Source: an uncultured Acidobacteriaceae bacterium (GTDB lineage: Bacteria; Acidobacteriota; Terriglobia; Terriglobales; Acidobacteriaceae). Taken from it: a stretch of DNA of 64,000 nucleotides. The translations under genes and the position numbers were made by a program. Where the stretch lies: NCBI GenBank assembly GCA_963757515.1, contig CAVWRV010000005.1:39870-103869 (forward strand). Direction: 5' to 3'. The notes below the pieces were generated by a model. It worked only from the letters and a program-made list of their open reading frames with translations, did not search any database and was not told the DNA's origin. Below are positions 57,396 to 64,000 of this stretch, in pieces (within the stretch, counting starts at the first letter, position 1; every line of letters starts with the position of its first letter).

Positions 57396-59085
57396 TTAGA
57401 AGAAAGTGGAGATGTCGCGAAACACTTCTACGATATTGGTCGGTGTTCCATCGTAGGCTTTGCCCTGGGTGGAGTCGGCGATCTGCTGCAGTACATCCCG
57501 CCGGGCGTCATGCCCGTAGGCGATGGTAAAGATGCGAATAGTATGGGTCTCGGCGTCAGGGTGAATCTTTGCCAGCAGCTGATCAAGGGTTTCCGTACTC
57601 TTGTTATCCTCCCCGTCGGTGAGCACCACGAGGGCGCGGATATGATCGCCAGGCTGCTGCAGCAAATGCGCATAGCCTTGATCTACGGCGTCGTAAAGAG
57701 CAGTCTGGCCGGCGGGAAAGACGGAGTCGATCGCGGTATCGGAGACCTGGCGTCCCTGGGCCGCAGGCTGATCCTGGCTGGCCCAGGCCGCGGTGGTGTT
57801 GAACGGTAGCAGGGAGAAATCGTCCTTGTCGCTGAGCAGCGAAACCAGCTGTTTCGCCCCCGCCTTGGCTGCAGACATTTTGTCCTCTTCCCGCATGCTG
57901 CCGGAGGTGTCGAGCACCAGCACAATGTCTGCTGCCTTCTTCTCGTCGTTGTCCCATTGCTGCTGCAGGGCCGCGATCACCTCGGAAGACGGCACCTCCA
58001 GGGTGGTGGTGGGTTGCTTGGGATCAACCCCGTGCGCGGCATCGATCGGCGGCCCGACGGCAACATCGGGTGAGCCGGGACGAAAGCCGTAGGTCATTGC
58101 CTTCTCCTGCTGCGGACGGCCGAGCAGGTAGCGAATGTAAATCTGCGCCGCTTCCTGCCTTTCCGGGGTCACCCAGGGGCGATTCACAATGCCGACCGGA
58201 TGATCGCTCCAGAACGTGCCTTCGCGAGGATAAATCGCCACCACCGGGAACGGCATGGAGCTGACTTTGGCATACGACTCGACCACCATGCTCTCGTACA
58301 ATACCGCAGCGGATAAATATTCCGGGCCGCTGTCGAATAGTTTTCGGCCAAAGAAGCCGGTAGAACTGCCATAGTGCACAACGGAATTCTCGATGCCGCT
58401 GACAAAAGCGCGCGTCTTGGGATTTTGCACATCGGCGAGCGTGAGCCCGCGTACTTTTCCGGTGGCGGCATAGTTCTCGGCGATGAGGGAAATGATGCCG
58501 CTGTTGCTGTACGCCGGGTGGGTGTGGCCGAACTTGAAGCTGCCCCATTGGGGAAATCCATAGGTGCTCCAGCCTTTCTTGTCTCGTGCCAGGGACAGGA
58601 TGTCCGCCCAGCCGATGGGCTTCTTTCCCCAGCCGATGGCTTCGGCCATCGGCTTCCACATAGCAATCACGACCGGCGAAAGCAGCAGGTTTTGCGTGGC
58701 GCCAATCAAATCCTGGCCCGTGGCGGCGCGAGATTTTGCGTTCCCGAGCTTGATGAACACATTCGAAGCCGGGCTGGTGAGATCGTCCTGTTCCGCGCCG
58801 CTCAGTACATCATCGATGCATTCGCCAGACCCCTTTGGGATGGCTTTCACCAGGATTCGTCTTGCCGCCGGCCGTCCGTGCGCCGCTTTGATTGAAAGCG
58901 GCGGTTACGTCGTCAATCCACTTCTGCTTTTCGGAGCCGTAGGAGAAGAGCAGCTGAATCTCATCTTTTGAAGTTTGTTGCTGGGGGCCGCTTTGGCGGG
59001 CGGTCTCCGTCTTCGACCGGCAGCCAAGCTGGAGCGGGAGTAAGGCGGTAAGGAGGAGCAGCACAGAAACCTTACGACTTGTCAT
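57396..59085 (-). CDS. lipoprotein with PBP2-like (PhnD/SsuA-like binding fold) domain fused to a C-terminal von Willebrand factor A domain; one apparent 1-nt frameshift near 58865
   Basis: Lipobox LQLGC. PBP2-like region (…SYGSEKQKW…, …FKFGHTHPAYSNSG…). VWA MIDAS motif VLVLDTSGSM and …LTDGEDN…. Confidence 0.65.
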
Positions 59086-59147
59086 CTATTTCCCCGCTTC
59101 CAAGGATACTCGATGTGGCGGATCTAGCCTGGATCGCGCAATGGCGC

Positions 59148-59502
59148 TAAGAATCTTGACCTACTACGAACCCGGGGTGCCCCATATCTCGCTCGTTTTT
59201 GGCGAGATGTGGGGGGCGACCGTTGGTCGCCCCTTTACCACCTGGACGGATACCAGTCGCAGTGCAGTGGAATCCCACATCTCGCGAAAAACGAGCGAGA
59301 TACCCCGAATTTCCTGCACGCAGCACCGGACAAGACCACTTGTGCGCCTTTCTTTAAGGAAAGGCGCATGAAGTTTGCGGAACCCACTAAGCTCCTCCGG
59401 AAATCGGGGATATGGGGCACCCGGGTTCGTGGCAGGTTAATCGCAGGACGCTTTGTTACATCGCGGGATAAACGTGCATCTGTGTGACGCACTACACTAG
59501 CA
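59148..59502. repeat. R1-family composite palindromic element, module order L-X-Y(inverted)-R plus shared right tail
   Basis: Same L end, X module and outer R end as 12883-13150. The Y module is present as the reverse complement and on the other side of X. The right tail ggttcgtggcaggttaatcgcaggacgctttgt…cactacactag also occurs at 11057-11125. Confidence 0.8.
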
Positions 59503-59642
59503 CCGACTTCGGAGCCGCATGGAGTCGCGTGGGCGGGACGAGACGCGGGATCCCTCAGGCGCCAGCGGCCACTGGCCAGTAGACAATCGATTGATTATGA
59601 TGGCTGATCGAAAAGTTTGCCGGATGGAACGAGGAAATTCTC

Positions 59643-61049
59643 ATGAAAATGCATGTCGCCTGGCTTTTATTGTGTGCACTCCTAATCACATCTCACCGTG
59701 CATCAACCGCGCAGGAGGCGCCTGATGCCAGGCTGTGGTTGACGACTGCGGATCGCTCCGCGCTGCTCGCCGCGCAGAAGGACCCATTGCGCTTTTCTTC
59801 ACCCGCGAACGGGCTTCCGAACATCGACGTAAATGACATGCAGCAGTTCCAATCCATAGATGGCTTTGGTTTTGCTCTGACCGGAGGCAGCGCGCAGCTT
59901 CTCATGCGCATGGAGCCCGGCGCGAGGGCAGACCTGCTCAAGGAGCTCTTCGCAACCCAGGCCAACGACGTCGGGGTTAGCTACCTCAGGGTAACCATTG
60001 GGTCTTCCGACATGAATGAACGCGTGTATTCGTACGATGATTTGCCACCGGGTGAGACCGATGTGAATCTTGCCCGCTTCAGTCTGGGTCCTGACCGCGC
60101 TGACGTCATTCCGGTACTCAAGCAGATTCTGGGGATCAATCCCGCAATCAAAATCCTCGCCTCGCCATGGTCTGCCCCAGCGTGGATGAAGACGAACGAT
60201 CGGGCGAAAGGCGGCCACCTGAAGCCTGAGTACTACGGGCCGTACGCCGCCTACTTTGTGAAGTACATCGAGCAGATGAAGGCCGAGGGCATCTCCATCG
60301 CAGCCATCACGGTACAGAACGAGCCATTGAACCCCAAGAACACGCCCAGCATGGTGATGTTCGCTGAGGAAGAAGGCACGTTTATCGCCAAGTATCTGGA
60401 ACCGGCTTTTCGCAATGTGGGAACGACCACCAGGATACTCTTGTACGACCACAATCCGGACGTGCTTTCCTACCCTCTGTCGATCCTCGAGGACCCGGCT
60501 GCCGGCAAGTATGTCGATGGAACTGCTTTTCACTTATACGGCGGTGTGCCCTCCGCACTGACAGAAGTGCATAATGCGTACCCAAACAAGAATCTATACA
60601 TGACCGAGCAGGCGATCACCGGCCCTGAGGAGGAACCGCTTCCGATCGCCGCGGCTGTCAGCGGAGTGTTGATTGCCGCCACGCGGAACTGGAGCCGCAA
60701 CGTACTGCTCTGGAATCTCGCCGCCGACCCAAAGAATGGTCCCCACACCAACGACGGAGGATGCACAGGCTGCCAGGGCGCCGTCACTCTGGACGGCAAC
60801 CGCATTTCTCGTAATGTGGCGTACTATGCAGTCGCACACTTTTCCAGGTTTGTGCCACCGGGATCCGTACGCGTGGGGTCCAGTGAGCAGGAGCAGCTTG
60901 CATCGGCCGCGTTTCTCACCCCCGACGGCAAGATCGTGCTGGTGGCATCGAACACGGCCAACTTTCCCAAGAGCTTTAACGTGAAGTATCACGGCGTGTG
61001 GTTCACAACCATGCTGCCTGAGGAATCGGTGGGAACCTATGTGTGGTAG
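59643..61049 (+). CDS. glycoside hydrolase family 30 (glucosylceramidase/beta-1,6-glucanase/xylanase-like)
   Basis: Signal peptide. GH30 features …RVTIGSSDM…, …LASPWSAPAWMKTN…, catalytic-acid-region NEP. Confidence 0.9.
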   Translation: MKMHVAWLLLCALLITSHRASTAQEAPDARLWLTTADRSALLAAQKDPLRFSSPANGLPNIDVNDMQQFQSIDGFGFALTGGSAQLLMRMEPGARADLLKELFATQANDVGVSYLRVTIGSSDMNERVYSYDDLPPGETDVNLARFSLGPDRADVIPVLKQILGINPAIKILASPWSAPAWMKTNDRAKGGHLKPEYYGPYAAYFVKYIEQMKAEGISIAAITVQNEPLNPKNTPSMVMFAEEEGTFIAKYLEPAFRNVGTTTRILLYDHNPDVLSYPLSILEDPAAGKYVDGTAFHLYGGVPSALTEVHNAYPNKNLYMTEQAITGPEEEPLPIAAAVSGVLIAATRNWSRNVLLWNLAADPKNGPHTNDGGCTGCQGAVTLDGNRISRNVAYYAVAHFSRFVPPGSVRVGSSEQEQLASAAFLTPDGKIVLVASNTANFPKSFNVKYHGVWFTTMLPEESVGTYVW

Positions 61050-62778
61050 CAAAACGGGCCAGTGGGTGGCCACAACCGGTCTGATAGCCGCGCTGTTGGC
61101 GCACGCTGCCTCTGCTGCGATGGCCGCAAGCCGCAGAAAAACTGATCTGGGTCCGAATGTTTTTATCTTCGGCCCATCGATGCCGGCATCGGCCATTCAA
61201 CGCCGGATCAATGATGTCTACGCCCGGCAACACGACGAGTTCGGCGCTGAACGCGATGCCCTGATGTTTCTCCCGGGCGAATACAAAGTGGATATCCCGA
61301 TCGGGTTTTACAGCGAAGTGGTGGGCTTAGGAGCTTCTCCGGATGACGTGCGTATCGCAGGCAACGTGCACTCAGATGCGGCCTTACCGAACAACAACGC
61401 CACGACCACCTTCTGGAGAGCGGCCGAGGGTTTCTCTGTAACTCCGGCTGGGGGCACCATGCAATGGGCGGTATCGCAGGCAGCACCCTTTCGGCGCATG
61501 CACATTCGCGGCGATATTGTGCTCCATCAGCACGGTGGCTGGGCGAGCGGCGGTTGGATGTCTGACGACCTGATTGATGGCAACGTCGGTTCCGGTTCGC
61601 AGCAGCAATGGATCTCGAGAAACACCGAATGGGGCAGTTGGCGTGGCGCTAACTGGAACATGGTCTTCGTAGGCATCCCCAATCCGCCCGCGGGGCAGTG
61701 GCCTGTGCCCCCCTATACCGAGGTCTCCGAAACTCCGATTATTCGGGAGAAGCCGTTTTTGCAGGCCGATAAAGCGGGAAATTTGAGCGTCCGCATTCCT
61801 TCCCTGCGCACCCGGAGTGTGGGCATCACGTGGCACGGCGGGAACACGCCCGGGAGATCGATACCGATCAGCCGCTTCTACGTTGCCCGGCCAAATGCCG
61901 ATAGTGCCGTCACCATCAACGCCCATCTGGCCAAAGGGGAGAATCTGCTATTGACTCCCGGCATTTACAAGCTGACAGAAGCGCTCCGCATCTCCCGGCC
62001 CAACACGGTGGTGTTAGGACTTGGCTTCGCTACCCTGCAGCCGACCAACGGTACGGCGGCAATGGCTACCGCCGACGTGGATGGAATTATCGTTGCCGGT
62101 CTGCTGTTCGATGCCGGAGTAAAACAATCGCCGGTCCTTCTGGAAGTGGGCCCGGTGGGAAGCAAGGGTCGGCATCTTCAGAATCCGATTTCTCTTCATG
62201 ACGTCTTCTTCCGCGTCGGCGGCGCCGGCGTGGGCCGCGCGGAAGTCAATCTTCAGATCAACAGCAGCGACGCCATCCTCGATCACACCTGGATCTGGCG
62301 AGCCGATCACGGCTCAGGCGTGGGCTGGCTCAGCAACACCAGCGCCAACGGGCTTATCGTCAATGGAGATAACGTCACCGCTTACGGTCTTTTCGTGGAG
62401 CACCATCAGCAATTTCAAGTGCTTTGGAACGGAAACAACGGGCGAACTTATTTCTATCAATCCGAAATTCCGTACGATCCACCGGATCAGGCCAGTTACG
62501 GGAGCGCACCCGGTACAAACGGCTGGGCTGCTTACAAAGTATCGAATGATGTGACCAGCCACGAGGCTTGGGGCCTTGGGATCTACAGCGTCTTTCTGCA
62601 TCCCGGGGTCACGCTGACCCGTGCCATAGAGGTCCCAAAGACCCCCGATGTGAAGTTCAACCACATGATTACGGTTGCTCTGGGCGATTACGGCGAGATC
62701 AGTCACGTCATCAACGATTTGGGTGAAGCGGCCTCACTTCACCCGCGGGTCACACCTAAGGTCACGATTTATCCATAA
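61039..62778 (+). CDS. secreted right-handed beta-helix (pectate-lyase-fold) protein, putative glycoside hydrolase/lyase
   Basis: 579 aa. Signal peptide. Repetitive G/N/W-rich parallel-beta-helix-like segments. Overlaps the GH30 gene by 11 nt. Confidence 0.55.
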   Translation: MCGSKTGQWVATTGLIAALLAHAASAAMAASRRKTDLGPNVFIFGPSMPASAIQRRINDVYARQHDEFGAERDALMFLPGEYKVDIPIGFYSEVVGLGASPDDVRIAGNVHSDAALPNNNATTTFWRAAEGFSVTPAGGTMQWAVSQAAPFRRMHIRGDIVLHQHGGWASGGWMSDDLIDGNVGSGSQQQWISRNTEWGSWRGANWNMVFVGIPNPPAGQWPVPPYTEVSETPIIREKPFLQADKAGNLSVRIPSLRTRSVGITWHGGNTPGRSIPISRFYVARPNADSAVTINAHLAKGENLLLTPGIYKLTEALRISRPNTVVLGLGFATLQPTNGTAAMATADVDGIIVAGLLFDAGVKQSPVLLEVGPVGSKGRHLQNPISLHDVFFRVGGAGVGRAEVNLQINSSDAILDHTWIWRADHGSGVGWLSNTSANGLIVNGDNVTAYGLFVEHHQQFQVLWNGNNGRTYFYQSEIPYDPPDQASYGSAPGTNGWAAYKVSNDVTSHEAWGLGIYSVFLHPGVTLTRAIEVPKTPDVKFNHMITVALGDYGEISHVINDLGEAASLHPRVTPKVTIYP

Positions 62779-62918
62779 ATGACCCAATTCGCCCGACATG
62801 TTCTGCGGGTTAGATTCACAGATCAATTGAGCGTTCCGCTGGCATCGGCGCGGGGCGAGGCTCTCGCTATAATAGAAGTGGTGTTGTCCGCCTGAAACAG
62901 TGCGGAGCAATCGCAGCC

Positions 62919-64000
62919 ATGCTCAAGACCACCAGGGAAGAAATGACGACAGCGCAGCAACATCCTCTGCAAAAGATCCTCGAAAGTCGAATCGCCATCA
63001 TCGACGGAGCGATGGGTACGACTATCCGCACCTACGGCATGAAGGAAGCCGACATCCGGGGGGAGCGCTTCAAGGACTCGACCAAGGACCTGCTGAACAA
63101 CGGAGACCTCTTCTCCCTCACCCAGCCGGACATGATCTGTGACATCCATCGCCGGTTTTTGGAAGCCGGGGCGGACATCATCGAGACCAACACCTTCGGC
63201 GCGACCAGCATCACCCAGAGCGAATTCTTCGTGGAGGATCCGCGCGAGCACGGCGGCCGCAAGGATCCCGACTTCTACCAAAAGGTCATCGATGATCCGT
63301 TCCTCAACGGCCTGGCCTGGGAGATCAATGAGAAGTCGGCGCAGCAATGCCGTCACGTGGGCCGATCGTGTAGCGAGCGCAACCTCGCGTCAACGTTTCG
63401 TGGCGGGAGCGATCGGGCCGCTGACCGTGTCTCTCTCCAACTCGCCCGATGCCGATGACGCAGGCTTCCGGGTAGTCACCTTCGATCAGGTCAAAGCCGC
63501 CTACAAGCACCAGGTGCGCGCCCTCATCGCCGGCGGTGTAGATCTGCTCCTGGTAGAGACCATCTTCGACTCGCTCAATGCCAAGGCGGCGCTGGTCGCC
63601 ATCCGTGAGGTTTTCGACGAGGACGGCAAGCAACTGCCGGTGATGATCTCCGCGGCGGTAGGGCGTGGCGGCGAGACGCTGATCTCCGCCCAGACCACCG
63701 AGGCCTTCTGGAACGCGGTGAAGCACGTGAAGCCGCTGTCAGTAGGGCTCAACTGCTCTCTCGGCCCCGATCTGATGTATCCCTTCCTGGAAGAGCTTTC
63801 GGAGAAGGCCAACGTAGCGATCTCCTGCTACCCCAACGCCGGTTTGCCGAATCCGCTGTCGGAAACCGGGTTCGATCTGGGGCCGCAGGACATGGCTCGC
63901 TATCTGGGTGAATTTGCCAAGGGAGGCTGATCAATATTGCCGGCGGCTGCTGCGGCAACACCCCGGAGCACATCGCGGCGATCGCCAAAGCGCTCGAAGG
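62919..64000 (+). CDS. metH: methionine synthase (B12-dependent), N-terminal homocysteine-binding region; partial at window end with two apparent frameshifts
   Basis: …IAIIDGAMGT…, …DIIETNTFGA…, …RFVAGAIGP…, …LLLVETIFDSLNAKAA…, …LNCSLGPD…, …EFAKGG|LINIAGGCCGNTPEHIAAIAKAL distributed over three frames. Confidence 0.85.

Noticed and set aside
59209-59487. Small ORFs (59141..59371, 59209..59487, 59235..59492) inside the R1 repeat
   Set aside because: Lie within palindromic repeat modules that recur at 12883-13150 in different order. Reading frames are not conserved between copies.
59799-61196. Minus-strand ORFs 59799..60533 and 60594..61196 within GH30 / beta-helix genes
   Set aside because: Antisense shadows. 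Plus-strand genes have strong family motifs.
1-64000. Scanned both strands for tRNA/rRNA/tmRNA signatures (GTTCGA-type T-arms, 16S/23S conserved blocks) and for transposase/integrase ORFs
   Set aside because: None recognised by eye. The only recombinase-like sequence is the catalytic-domain-less fragment at 25937..26389.

Overview
High-GC (~60-65%) chromosomal segment, most likely from an Acidobacteriota-type soil bacterium. Supporting this attribution: an ADOP/MacB-like duplicated permease, a CarboxypepD_reg-type TonB-dependent receptor, PadR/YtrA/TetR/ArsR regulator-cargo pairs, and the 'DSWKEIAAYL...TVQRWEKREGMPVHR' N-terminal motif. Recognisable genes include msrA, a BaiN/YhiN flavoprotein, a MATE exporter, a TonB-dependent receptor, Fe-ADH, a PP2C phosphatase, a secreted serpin, an SPFH/stomatin protein, TetR+Lnt-like, glutathione peroxidase, an MDR oxidoreductase, a YtrA-ABC operon, a PQQ quinohemoprotein dehydrogenase, a beta-lactamase-fold hydrolase, PadR and ArsR cassettes, a PspA/IM30 operon with PBP2-VWA lipoproteins, a GH30 + beta-helix pair, and the start of metH. 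No rRNA, tRNA, CRISPR, transposase or integrase gene was seen. The features the ORF track does not explain are mainly non-coding. (1) Two families of modular, nested palindromic repeats: R1 at 11057, 12883, 38604 and 59148, and R2 at 20444 and 40722. R1 modules appear in permuted or inverted order between copies. (2) Tandem TAGCGCTTW 9-mer arrays that bracket a 1.3 kb segment holding an ORF interrupted by an in-frame TGA and a sharp GC shift. (3) A low-GC, low-coding island at 3.9-9.3 kb containing one orphan 378-aa protein. (4) A 0.5 kb segmental duplication of the C-terminus of a PadR-associated gene. Many otherwise recognisable genes carry apparent frameshifts, several at short homopolymer runs; metH has two within 1 kb. 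Any pseudogene or fusion call in this window therefore needs raw-read confirmation.
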